From positions 77,727-132,057 of the forward strand of contig DLMY01000020.1 of the NCBI GenBank assembly GCA_002478275.1: a DNA stretch of 54,331 nt, read 5' to 3'. The DNA is from Actinobacteria bacterium UBA7524 (lineage in GTDB: Bacteria; Actinomycetota; Coriobacteriia; Anaerosomatales; UBA912). The notes under the pieces were generated by a model that saw nothing but the letters and a program-made list of their open reading frames with translations, made no database searches and was not told the origin of the DNA. Below are positions 1 to 8,611 of this stretch, piece after piece. Within the stretch, counting starts at the first letter, position 1, and each line of letters opens with the position of its first letter. A program made the translations under genes and the position numbers.

Positions 1-2
1 GG

Positions 3-1010
3 GTCGAGTTGTCTGCGGTCGTCGGCGTGGCCGCGTCACTGGTCTTCGTCTATTCGTTCGCGCAGGTGCTCCCGCGTACGTTCGCGGTCCAGAACCCGGA
101 GGGCGTGGCGTTGAGTTTCGCCACGGCCGCTCGTCGGATCGTCGGTGTGCTCTACCGTCCCGCGAAACTTCTCGGGTGGCCGTGGCGGGCGGCGATGCGC
201 CTCGTCATGGGTGATCAGGCGGCGCACTCCGCCTGGCTCACCGAGGACGACTATCGCGCTGCACAGCCAGACGACGAGCAAAGCGTGCGCGAGGAAGCCG
301 AGGAGGCCTTGCTCGAAGCCGTCAGCGACTTCGCGGAGAAGGTCGTGCGCGAGGTGATGGTTCCTCGGACGGACATGACATGTCTTGCCGATACCGCATC
401 TGCCGAGGAGGCCATCGACATCATCCAACGCTATGGCTACTCGCGCCTGCCGGTCTACCATGAGACCCTGGATGACATCCGGGGTGTGCTGTACGCGAAA
501 GATCTGCTTGCCGCGATCGTCCGGGACCCGCAGGTCAGGCCTGCCACGCTGGCGCGCAAGGCGTACTTCGTGCCCGAGACCAAGCCCGTACAGGAACTCC
601 TCGTCGAGATGCGTGACCGCACGCACATAGCGATCGTCGCCGACGAGTACGGCGGTACCGCAGGGCTCGTGACCATAGAGGACCTGCTGGAAGAGATCGT
701 AGGGGAGATCCAGGACGAGTACGACCTGGAGATGCCGTTGGTCGTGGCGCGCGACAACGGGTGTTACAGCGTGGATGCACGTCTGCCCGTCGACGATCTC
801 AATGAGTTGTTCGGCACCGCTATCGAGCTGGAATCCGATACGGTGGGCGGTGTGGTCATCGAGGTCGCGGGCCGGATACCCGAAGTCGGCGACGAGGTGG
901 AGATAGAAGGTCTACGTCTGCGTGTCACAGAGCTGGAAGGCACGCGTATCAGGAAGCTCGCGGTGGAACCCGCGGGGCCTAACCACGACAAGGAGGGGCA
1001 CGATGCGTAA
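3..1010 (+). CDS. HlyC/CorC family transporter-associated protein (CNNM-CBS-CBS-CorC), 5'-truncated by window edge
   Basis: [50 protein letters not shown] and a C-terminal CorC domain; frame is open at the window start. Confidence 0.93.
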   Translation, partial: VELSAVVGVAASLVFVYSFAQVLPRTFAVQNPEGVALSFATAARRIVGVLYRPAKLLGWPWRAAMRLVMGDQAAHSAWLTEDDYRAAQPDDEQSVREEAEEALLEAVSDFAEKVVREVMVPRTDMTCLADTASAEEAIDIIQRYGYSRLPVYHETLDDIRGVLYAKDLLAAIVRDPQVRPATLARKAYFVPETKPVQELLVEMRDRTHIAIVADEYGGTAGLVTIEDLLEEIVGEIQDEYDLEMPLVVARDNGCYSVDARLPVDDLNELFGTAIELESDTVGGVVIEVAGRIPEVGDEVEIEGLRLRVTELEGTRIRKLAVEPAGPNHDKEGHDA

Positions 1011-1419
1011 CCTCACACAGCCCGATCTGGCCCTGCTCGCGTTCGCCCGCGAAGCGAAGGGCAAAGCGTACGCTCCTTACTCGGATTTCCGCGTGGGTGC
1101 CGCCGTGTATGCCAAGGGCGAGATCTTCCAGGGCGTCAACGTGGAGAACGCCGCGTATGGCTCGACCCTCTGTGCCGAGCGTGGCGCACTGTCCGCTGCG
1201 GTCGCTGCAGGATGCACCGAGATCGACGCCGTCGCGGTCGTGGGCGACTCGGAGGCTCCGACCGTACCGTGCGGCGCATGCCGTCAGGCGCTCGCCGAGT
1301 TCAACCCCGAGATGCGGGTGATCATGGGGGGGCGGACAGACGAGGTCATGGTGATGACCCTCGATGAGCTGCTGCCCGAGGCGTTCGTACGTGGATACCT
1401 CGACCAGGACGACTCGTGA
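1003..1419 (+). CDS. cdd: Cytidine deaminase
   Basis: AYAPYSDFRVGAA, NVENAAY, CAERGA and PCGACRQ zinc motifs; ATG at 1003 after AAGGAGG. Confidence 0.96.
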   Translation: MRNLTQPDLALLAFAREAKGKAYAPYSDFRVGAAVYAKGEIFQGVNVENAAYGSTLCAERGALSAAVAAGCTEIDAVAVVGDSEAPTVPCGACRQALAEFNPEMRVIMGGRTDEVMVMTLDELLPEAFVRGYLDQDDS

Positions 1420-2375
1420 CCGATGCGTCAAAGCCGGACCGGTCCCGAAAGGAGCCGTCCGGCCAGGTCCGCAGCGGCTTCGTCACGCTCGTGGGTCGCC
1501 CGAACACGGGCAAGTCGACTCTGGTCAATGCTGTGGCCGGCTCCAAGGTGGCGATCGTCTCTGACAGACCACAGACCACTCGTCACCGCCTGCGTGCCGT
1601 GATCGATTCGGACGAATCACAGATCGTCCTGGTCGATACCCCGGGCGTTCACAAGCCCAAGGATGCACTGGGCGAGCAACTCAACCGCACGGCCTTGGCC
1701 ACGCTGGCCGATGTCGATGTGGCATGTCTTGTGGTCGACGCCTCGCAGGAGGTGGGACGCGGCGACGCGTGGGTCGCGCGGCACGTGGCAGCGGTGAGGC
1801 ACGCTGCCATCGTGCTTGTGATGACGAAAGCCGATCTCGTCGATCAGGACACCCTGAACACACGTGCGAGCGAGGCGATCGGGCTGCTCGAGACAGGCGG
1901 AGCCGAGGTTGCCGAGGTCGTCGCCGTCTCTGCCCGCACGGGCTTCAACGTCGACGGCTTCGTTGCGGCGGTGCAGGCACACCTGCCGACAGGCCCACGT
2001 TACTTCCCGCGCGATATGGCGACCGACCAGCCGATCGAGATGATGATCGGCGAGTTCATCCGGGAGAAGGTCGTCCGCTCGACGTTCGATGAAGTCCCGC
2101 ATGCCGTGGGAGTCGCTGTCGAAGACGTGAGGCGTGACGAATCGAATGACACCACCACGATCCATGCGGTCATCTTCGTCGAACGGGAGTCCCAGAAGGG
2201 CATACTCATCGGGAAGGGTGGCGAACGCATCAAGCGGACCGGCATCGAGGCCCGCGAGGACCTCGAACGTCTGCTTGGTGAGAAGGTCTACCTGGACCTG
2301 ATGGTCAAGGTGAAGAAGGACTGGCGGCGAGATGCCGGCCAGGTCCGCCGTTTCGGGTATGGAGAGGGGCTGTAG
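1416..2375 (+). CDS. era: GTPase Era
   Basis: GRPNTGKST, PQTTR, DTPG; KH domain VERESQKGILIGKGG. Confidence 0.97.
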   Translation: MTDASKPDRSRKEPSGQVRSGFVTLVGRPNTGKSTLVNAVAGSKVAIVSDRPQTTRHRLRAVIDSDESQIVLVDTPGVHKPKDALGEQLNRTALATLADVDVACLVVDASQEVGRGDAWVARHVAAVRHAAIVLVMTKADLVDQDTLNTRASEAIGLLETGGAEVAEVVAVSARTGFNVDGFVAAVQAHLPTGPRYFPRDMATDQPIEMMIGEFIREKVVRSTFDEVPHAVGVAVEDVRRDESNDTTTIHAVIFVERESQKGILIGKGGERIKRTGIEAREDLERLLGEKVYLDLMVKVKKDWRRDAGQVRRFGYGEGL

Positions 2376-2380
2376 GCGAC

Positions 2381-3061
2381 ATGGACACGTCAACGCTGGC
2401 AGCGAGTATCGACCAGACACTGCTTTCGCCCACGACGGGTTTCGAGGCCGCGGCGGAATGGATCGAGCTGAACTCGGACAAGGGCTTCGCTGCACTGTGC
2501 GTCGCTCCGTTCATCGTCCCCCTTGCCGCACAGCGACTTGCGGGCTCGGATACGAAGGTATGCACCGTCTGCGGATTCCCGCTCGGGTACTCGCTGACCG
2601 AGAGTAAGGCCGAAGAGGCCCGTCACCTCGTCGGTCTTGGCGCGCAGGAGATCGACGTCGTGATGAACATCGCGGCGTTCCTCGAGGGACAGGATCGCTT
2701 CGTGACCGACGATCTCAAAGCGGTCGTCGACAGCGTCGAGCGTTCCTCGGCAGGGGAGGCCATCGTCAAGGTGATCCTCGAGACGGGGCACCTCGACGAG
2801 GGGCAGGTCGCCCGGGCAAGCAGACTCGCGGTCGACGCCGGTGCGCAGTTCGTCAAGACGTCGACGGGGTTCGGTCCGCGCGGTGCGAGCGTGCGCGACG
2901 TGGAGATCATGCGCGAGGCTGTGGGGCCGGACATCGGTGTGAAGGCTGCCGGGGGGATACGGGACCTGCAGACCGCTCTCGAGATGATCGAGGCCGGGGC
3001 GAATCGGCTGGGGACGTCTTCGGGAGCCGAGATCCTCGGCGCTGCGGCGGCGCGGGGCTAG
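2381..3061 (+). CDS. deoC: Deoxyribose-phosphate aldolase
   Basis: GFPLG, EIDVVMN, VKVILET, FVKTSTGF, VKAAGGIR, RLGTS. Confidence 0.97.
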   Translation: MDTSTLAASIDQTLLSPTTGFEAAAEWIELNSDKGFAALCVAPFIVPLAAQRLAGSDTKVCTVCGFPLGYSLTESKAEEARHLVGLGAQEIDVVMNIAAFLEGQDRFVTDDLKAVVDSVERSSAGEAIVKVILETGHLDEGQVARASRLAVDAGAQFVKTSTGFGPRGASVRDVEIMREAVGPDIGVKAAGGIRDLQTALEMIEAGANRLGTSSGAEILGAAAARG

Positions 3062-3070
3062 GCGCGCCGG

Positions 3071-3856
3071 ATGCCTGCGTACCCGGTCCGTGCGCTCGTG
3101 CTGCGCAAGACCAAGCTGGGCGAGACCGACGTCATCGTCGCGCTGCTCACCGATGACGGGCGTCGCCTGCAGGCGGTCGCGAAGGGGATGCGCAAGCCGG
3201 GGTCGCGTTTCGGCGGCCGTCTCGAGCCGTACTCCGTCGTCGACCTGCTCCTGCACACCGGCCGCTCTCTCGAGGTCGTCTCCGAAGCCGAGACCGTCGC
3301 GGCGCACGCTCCTTTGCGCGAGGACTACGACCGCAGTATCGCCGCCGCAGTCGTGGCTGACGTGCTCGACAAACTCGCGGTCGAGGGTCAGCCCGAGGAG
3401 CGCCTGTTCGGCCTCGCCCACGCCACTCTGGACGCGATGGAGGACGTAGGGCTGGAGGGACTGCCACTGTTGGTGGTCGCTTTCCTCGTCAAGGCCATGG
3501 CGATGCATGGCTATCGCCCCGAACTCGACTCCTGCGCGTGTTGTGCGGAGCAGGCTGCGGGAGGCCGGCTGTTCTCGCTCGCTGACGGCGGGGTGCTGTG
3601 CCCGCAGTGCGGCTTCGAGGAGGGAGCGGCCGGGATGATCCGCTTCTCCGAGGAAGGCAGGACCCTGCTGGACGCCCTGTTGCGGGCAACCATGCGACAG
3701 GTGGCGGACGGGGGTGTCTTGTCCGGTGGGCAGGGGAGCGATTCAGCGGCTCGCACGACGGTCAGGGAGTGCTTCGAGCTGGTGCGCTCGTTCGTCGCCT
3801 ATCACGTGCCCGCCCGTCTCAAGGCGCTCGACCATTTCGCGGGAGCCTACCGATGA
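3071..3856 (+). CDS. recO: DNA repair protein RecO
   Basis: LGETDVIV, AVAKGMRKPGSRFGGRLEP, Zn finger CACC..CPQC; typical position after era. Confidence 0.95.
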   Translation: MPAYPVRALVLRKTKLGETDVIVALLTDDGRRLQAVAKGMRKPGSRFGGRLEPYSVVDLLLHTGRSLEVVSEAETVAAHAPLREDYDRSIAAAVVADVLDKLAVEGQPEERLFGLAHATLDAMEDVGLEGLPLLVVAFLVKAMAMHGYRPELDSCACCAEQAAGGRLFSLADGGVLCPQCGFEEGAAGMIRFSEEGRTLLDALLRATMRQVADGGVLSGGQGSDSAARTTVRECFELVRSFVAYHVPARLKALDHFAGAYR

Positions 3857-4365
3857 CAGGGACTGAGGAGCGCCCTGCCGGTGAGTCCGCCGTCCGGATA
3901 GCCGCGAACGTGCAAGTGACCAGGCACGGCTACCGGGCGGTATTGCTTGCCTCGGCGATCTCGAAGTTGCGTTTCGTGCTGCCGGTGATGGCTTTCTTCG
4001 CTTTCGGAGCGCTGGCGGCCGGATTCACGGCGCACTCGTTCCTGCTGCTGGTCGGTCTCGTGGGCGTGGTCGCCTTCGTGTGGTTCTACGTGAACTGGGC
4101 GAGTGGCTCGCCAGCGCATCAGGACGTGTATATGCCGGTCGAGTACGTGTTCGCTCCCGACGGCATCGAGTACGCGGGCGACCCGGAGGCGGGCACGATC
4201 GCCTGGGACCGGATGAGGCGGTGGCGGGTGCTTGCGCACCATTACCTGCTGTACACGGACACTGCGTCGTTCCTACTGGTTCCCGCAGATGCGGTAGAAC
4301 CCCAGCTCAGAGCCGCTTTCGAGCAGCTCCTGGACGAGAAGGTACGCGCAAAGCGCCGCCTGTAG
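3853..4365 (+). CDS. YcxB-like membrane protein
   Basis: ATG overlaps recO stop (ATGA); two TM helices then FAPDGI..IAWD....LLY....FLLVP, the YcxB/PH-like pattern. Confidence 0.65.
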   Translation: MTGTEERPAGESAVRIAANVQVTRHGYRAVLLASAISKLRFVLPVMAFFAFGALAAGFTAHSFLLLVGLVGVVAFVWFYVNWASGSPAHQDVYMPVEYVFAPDGIEYAGDPEAGTIAWDRMRRWRVLAHHYLLYTDTASFLLVPADAVEPQLRAAFEQLLDEKVRAKRRL

Positions 4366-4482
4366 GCGCCGGCAACAGTACATAGGACCTCTTCGACACG
4401 GATACCCCATACCCCATCTTCTTCGGTTCGTCCCGAGGAGTCTGCTGTTCGTGCATTCACTAACACAAGACGACTTAATGGA

Positions 4483-4491
4483 TGTTAGGCT
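4483..4491 (+). promoter_or_regulatory. Putative extended -10 promoter (TGtTAGGCT)
   Basis: TGn-TAnnnT in an AT-richer intergenic region about 115 nt upstream of the ATG at 4607. Confidence 0.4.
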
Positions 4492-4503
4492 GAGGTGAAT
4501 CAG

Positions 4504-4519
4504 TGTGACGGATATCACT
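4504..4519. promoter_or_regulatory. CRP/FNR-family-like box TGTGA-N6-TCACT
   Basis: 9/10 match to TGTGA-N6-TCACA, in intergenic DNA. Confidence 0.5.
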
Positions 4520-4606
4520 TCCGGCCTTAAGGGGAGGACGCGATTCCGCCGGAGGAATCGGTTGGCTGCAGGGCCTGGGACCAGCCGAGGAGGAAGGGTG
4601 GTTAGC

Positions 4607-6808
4607 ATGGGGAGTAGCGGAACACCAAGGGGCTACCGGAAGAGAGCCGTGGCGATGATACTCGTCGTTGCCCTCTGTCTGGGACTGATGCCGGCCTCGG
4701 CGTTCGCCGCCGGCGGCACAGTGAACGGTAAGGTGACTGATGCGGCCACCAGGGCCGTCATCGTCGGCGCTAAGATCACGGTGAGCGGTGCCGGCGGGAC
4801 CTACTACGCGACGACGGGCTCGACCGGCACCTACACGGTGAGCGGTATCCCTGCCGGAGCATATTCGGTGAAGTGCGACGCTTCAGGGTATGCCTCAGCG
4901 AGCGGGAACGTCACCGTGGTTGAAGGCCGTTCGGTGAGGTTGGACTTCAAACTCACCAAGGCGGTCATCATGCTCGGCAATGTCACCGGCACGGTGAAGT
5001 CGGCGGCGGGCGTTGCGCTTTCAGGAGCGAAGGTCACGAACGCTGACGGCAGCTTCTCGGTGACGGCGGACTCGACGGGCAAGTACACCATCTCGAACCT
5101 GCCCGTCGACAGCTACGTGCTCGTCGCATCGGCGACAGGATACTCTGCCGCATCCAAGACCGTGGTCGTGACGGCCGGGCAGACAACGATCGCGGACTTC
5201 TCGTTGGAGACAGCGAAGCCGATCGTGCGCTACGAGAGAACACACGTCTTCTCGATCGATGACGTACAGGGCGACTACGCCGCCACGAAGTTCGGGACGG
5301 CGGCGCTCGACATGAACAATCCCGTGGTGGGCGCCGACGGTCTCACTTACTACAACATCGACTCCGACTTCGGTTTTGATGCCGTGGACTATGTCGGATT
5401 CACCGAGCGGCCTATGGACGGTGTCTACGCCGAAGGGTCTGTGGCCAACGTCAAGGACAGCAAGGGCAACACCATCGGAATCAAGGGTAAGACCTCGAGT
5501 CCAGCGCAATGGAAGGTGGCCACGGCACTCACAGGTGAATGGTACAAGGACCCGGCGTCAGGTGAGGTCATCAAGGCTTGCACGGAGCACTACCTCGTCA
5601 TGGAGCACTGGCTTAACGCTCCCGGTGCACCGGCGCTCGTATACGGAACCGACTACCGCGCCCGCTTCAAGGACGACGGCAAGAAGCTCTACATGTGGGG
5701 CGATATGAACTCTGAACCCACTGATATCAGGCTCTACGCCAAGATGGCGCTCCCGGATGCTTGGAAGACAGCAGGAGCCGACTACAAGGTGACCTCGGCG
5801 AAGCTCGTCATCACCCACCTGATCGCAGAGAGCCCGAACGACCAGGTTCGTCCTGAGGACATCGAGAACGAGAACGCCACGGGCATCTTGCCGCAGTATG
5901 CCGTGCAGTCCGATGGCACGTGGACATCGGCGGTTGACGCTTACGACGGCTGTAACCACTTCCTGCCCGCGGGAACCCTTATGAGGATGGCGCAGCCGAT
6001 TCTTGTCCCCAACGTCGATGAGTTCGGTAAGCCGCTCAAGGACTACTGGGGCAACCTCGTGACCGAGCCGGACGTCGTGTGGAACACGGCGGCATGGTAT
6101 ACGACGAAGGACCGTGATCCCTTCGCGGGTGCGAACCCCAGATGGCGACTCAAGGCAGGCATCTTCGGACAGGACCTCCCGGGAATCTCCATCCCGCAGT
6201 ACAAGGTCGGTGACTATACGACCGTCACGCTCGATCTTCTCGCACCAATGACCGATGAGGAGACGGGTCTGAAGGTTCCGTCCGCCCTGACCTCGAGCGT
6301 CAATTGGAAAGCGTACATGGATGACGGAGACGGAGTCATCGACGGTAAGTCGATCAACGGGACACCGCTGACCGCTGACTTCGACCTGAGCCAGTACATC
6401 AAGGGAACCACGCAGGGCCAGGTGATCTACAACGCCAAGCTTATCGTCGACTATGAGGATGCTGGCGGTACCGTGCCGAGCGGTGTCGACGCAGCTATCG
6501 CTTCGCTGGCTGTTCCAGCTCAGGTGAAGCTTTCGACGGCCAATGCCGTCACGGTGGACGTCAAGAACAACGTCCCCGGGATCGCTAACGGCACCCTGAA
6601 GCTGACGGGTACGGATCTGAAGGGTAAGGTCTATCCCTTCGAGGTTGCGTTCGTCACCAAGTCCGACTGCAGCGCGACGCGATACACCTTCAACTGGCAG
6701 GCACCCGGCTACGGGACCACCGTGACCTGGACAGCCGAGCTGGTGTGCGCGGGAGATACAGACTTGTCCAACAACACTGCGACGGCTAAGACCAAGGTCG
6801 TCAAGTAG
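4607..6808 (+). CDS. Large secreted protein: signal peptide, 2x carboxypeptidase-regulatory-like beta-sandwich, unrecognised core, C-terminal CARDB/Ig-like domain
   Basis: RKR + hydrophobic + AFA|A signal; two GTVxGxV..GAxxT..TxSTGxYT..PxxxY repeats; terminal GDTDLSNNTATA. Start taken as ATG 4607 (GTG 4598 also possible) rather than 4505, based on SD position. Confidence 0.85.
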   Translation: MGSSGTPRGYRKRAVAMILVVALCLGLMPASAFAAGGTVNGKVTDAATRAVIVGAKITVSGAGGTYYATTGSTGTYTVSGIPAGAYSVKCDASGYASASGNVTVVEGRSVRLDFKLTKAVIMLGNVTGTVKSAAGVALSGAKVTNADGSFSVTADSTGKYTISNLPVDSYVLVASATGYSAASKTVVVTAGQTTIADFSLETAKPIVRYERTHVFSIDDVQGDYAATKFGTAALDMNNPVVGADGLTYYNIDSDFGFDAVDYVGFTERPMDGVYAEGSVANVKDSKGNTIGIKGKTSSPAQWKVATALTGEWYKDPASGEVIKACTEHYLVMEHWLNAPGAPALVYGTDYRARFKDDGKKLYMWGDMNSEPTDIRLYAKMALPDAWKTAGADYKVTSAKLVITHLIAESPNDQVRPEDIENENATGILPQYAVQSDGTWTSAVDAYDGCNHFLPAGTLMRMAQPILVPNVDEFGKPLKDYWGNLVTEPDVVWNTAAWYTTKDRDPFAGANPRWRLKAGIFGQDLPGISIPQYKVGDYTTVTLDLLAPMTDEETGLKVPSALTSSVNWKAYMDDGDGVIDGKSINGTPLTADFDLSQYIKGTTQGQVIYNAKLIVDYEDAGGTVPSGVDAAIASLAVPAQVKLSTANAVTVDVKNNVPGIANGTLKLTGTDLKGKVYPFEVAFVTKSDCSATRYTFNWQAPGYGTTVTWTAELVCAGDTDLSNNTATAKTKVVK

Positions 6809-6817
6809 GCGGGGGCT

Positions 6818-6850
6818 GGTGTGCCGACGGGTATGTTCCGTCGGCACACC
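6818..6850 (+). terminator. Perfect 13-bp hairpin after the secreted-protein gene
   Basis: GGTGTGCCGACGG-gtatgtt-CCGTCGGCACACC starting 10 nt after the stop; no U-tract. Confidence 0.65.
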
Positions 6851-6902
6851 TCCGCCACCCGGAGCGTGTTCCTGGGGCCCGTTGGGCGCGAAGAGGGGTG
6901 CG

Positions 6903-7529
6903 ATGAGAGTTCGTGACATAGCTGGGCTGTTGCGGCTGGCAGGGGCGACGCTCCTCTTGTCTGCGACGGCGATATCGACCGGATGCGGAAGCGGCGTCGA
7001 CACCACCACCGTTGCGGACACCGTGACCGGTGAGTGCTTCTCTGCCACCATGCTCTCGACCACACCCGACGGGGTGACTTCCGAAGCGCGTATCGACGCC
7101 TGCGATCAGGCTTATCGCCTCGAGGTGGTCGGAGGCCGTCGAGCGAGTATCGCTATCGTGCGCTACGACCTCGATCTCGTCTGGCTGCTCATACCGGAGG
7201 ACCGCACCTACATCGTGCTGGGACTCGACAGCCTCAAGACCGATACACCCCACTTCTTCTCGCCCGACGTCCGCATAGAGCGCGACGAGGGCACGACCGA
7301 CACTGTCGACGGTGTCGAAGCCATCCGCTACGAGGTCAAGACCTCGGGAGCCGGTGGCGAGCACGAGGGGACGATGTGGGAGGCCGTCGACATGCCTGGC
7401 CGCCCACTCAAGTGGGTCGATGCGGTCACCGGACTCGAGACGGTGTGGAAGGACGCGGAGACAGGTCCGGCCGATGCCGGGCTGTTCGAGCTGCCCGAAG
7501 GGTACGAGGAGCTGCAGCAGGAAGAGTAG
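6903..7529 (+). CDS. Lipoprotein with DUF4412/LolA-like fold
   Basis: Lipobox-like ISTG|C; IVRYDLDLVWLLIPEDRTY, TDTVDGVEAIRYEV, AGLFELPEGY; SD GAGGGG before ATG 6903. Confidence 0.7.
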   Translation: MRVRDIAGLLRLAGATLLLSATAISTGCGSGVDTTTVADTVTGECFSATMLSTTPDGVTSEARIDACDQAYRLEVVGGRRASIAIVRYDLDLVWLLIPEDRTYIVLGLDSLKTDTPHFFSPDVRIERDEGTTDTVDGVEAIRYEVKTSGAGGEHEGTMWEAVDMPGRPLKWVDAVTGLETVWKDAETGPADAGLFELPEGYEELQQEE

Positions 7530-7540
7530 TGAGCTTCCTA

Positions 7541-7610
7541 TGCAGCCGGCGGCTGATGAGGGCCTATGGTACGAGCCCAGCGGACTGTAGGCTCTCATCA
7601 GCGCCGTGTA
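7541..7610 (+). other. Long intergenic stem-loop (19-bp core stem, 13-nt loop)
   Basis: 7552-7570 pairs fully with 7584-7602 using 3 G-U pairs; extendable with bulges. Confidence 0.7.
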
Positions 7611-7651
7611 GCGCGCGGTCTACCGCGCCGTCCGTCGCGCCGATCGGCGCG

Positions 7652-7680
7652 TTGACCCTCCGCTACGCCTCCGATAGCAT
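7652..7680 (+). promoter_or_regulatory. Sigma70-type promoter of glyQS
   Basis: TTGACC-N17-TAGCAT, 40 nt upstream of the glyQ ATG. Confidence 0.75.
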
Positions 7681-7720
7681 CAATAGCTCCTCGGCAGCCT
7701 AACGAAGGGGCGCCCTAACG

Positions 7721-8611
7721 ATGCGCGATACGACGTTCCAGGACATCATGTTGAACCTCTCACGGTTCTGGGCCGACCGTGGCTGTGTGGTGCTTCAGCC
7801 TTACGACAGCGAGGTGGGCGCAGGCACGTTCCACCCCGCGACCACGCTGCGCACGCTCGACCCGACGCCGTGGCGGACCGCCTACGTGCAGCCGAGTCGC
7901 CGGCCGACCGATGGCCGCTACGGCGAGAACCCCAACCGGCTGCAGCATTACTACCAGTACCAGGTCATCCTGATGCCGAGTCCCGATGACGTGCTCGACC
8001 AGTACTTCGATTCGCTTCGGGCCATCGGTATCGAGCCGTCCGACCATGACGTGCGTCTGGTCGAGGACGACTGGGAAAGCCCCACGCTTGGAGCCTGGGG
8101 CCTAGGGTGGGAGGTCTGGCTTGACGGCATGGAGGTCACGCAGTTCACGTACTTCCAGCAGGTCGGAGGGTTCGACTGCAAGCCCGTGCCAGCGGAGATC
8201 ACGTACGGTCTCGAGCGCCTGGCGATGTACATCCAGGGCGTGGACAGCGTCTACGACATCGTGTGGTCCATCGGGCCCGACGGCACGACGTACACGTACG
8301 GCGACGTCTTCCTGGAGAACGAGCGCCAGTATTCCAAGCACAATTTCGAACTCGCCGATATCGATATGCTCCGGCGTCTGTTCGACACCTACGAGGCCGA
8401 GTGCAAGCGCCTTCTGGAAGGTGGGGTGGTGTTGCCCGCCTACGACTACGTCCTGAAGTGCTCTCACGCGTTCAATCTGCTCGACGCCCGCGGAGCCATC
8501 GCGGTCACCGATCGCGTGAGCTTCATCCTGCGCGTCCGTACGCTGGCCAAGGCGTGCTGCGAGGCGTACGTAGAGCGACTCTCGCAGGCAGAAGGCGGTG
8601 ATGCCCGATGA
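7721..8611 (+). CDS. glyQ: Glycine-tRNA ligase alpha subunit
   Basis: [57 protein letters not shown]. Confidence 0.98.
   Translation: MRDTTFQDIMLNLSRFWADRGCVVLQPYDSEVGAGTFHPATTLRTLDPTPWRTAYVQPSRRPTDGRYGENPNRLQHYYQYQVILMPSPDDVLDQYFDSLRAIGIEPSDHDVRLVEDDWESPTLGAWGLGWEVWLDGMEVTQFTYFQQVGGFDCKPVPAEITYGLERLAMYIQGVDSVYDIVWSIGPDGTTYTYGDVFLENERQYSKHNFELADIDMLRRLFDTYEAECKRLLEGGVVLPAYDYVLKCSHAFNLLDARGAIAVTDRVSFILRVRTLAKACCEAYVERLSQAEGGDAR

Noticed and set aside
4458..4490. CTAAC...GTTAGGC resembling an integron attC (also GCCTAAC at about 7697)
   Set aside because: Too short for attC, no L boxes, no integrase and no array.
4515..4560. TCCGGCCTTAAG resembling part of a c-di-GMP-I riboswitch
   Set aside because: The upstream GGCAAA / GNRA stem / GACGCAAA elements are missing or in the wrong order.
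7553..7560. CTGATGAG hammerhead ribozyme core
   Set aside because: No GAAA partner after a stem II, and the motif is fully base-paired in the long stem.
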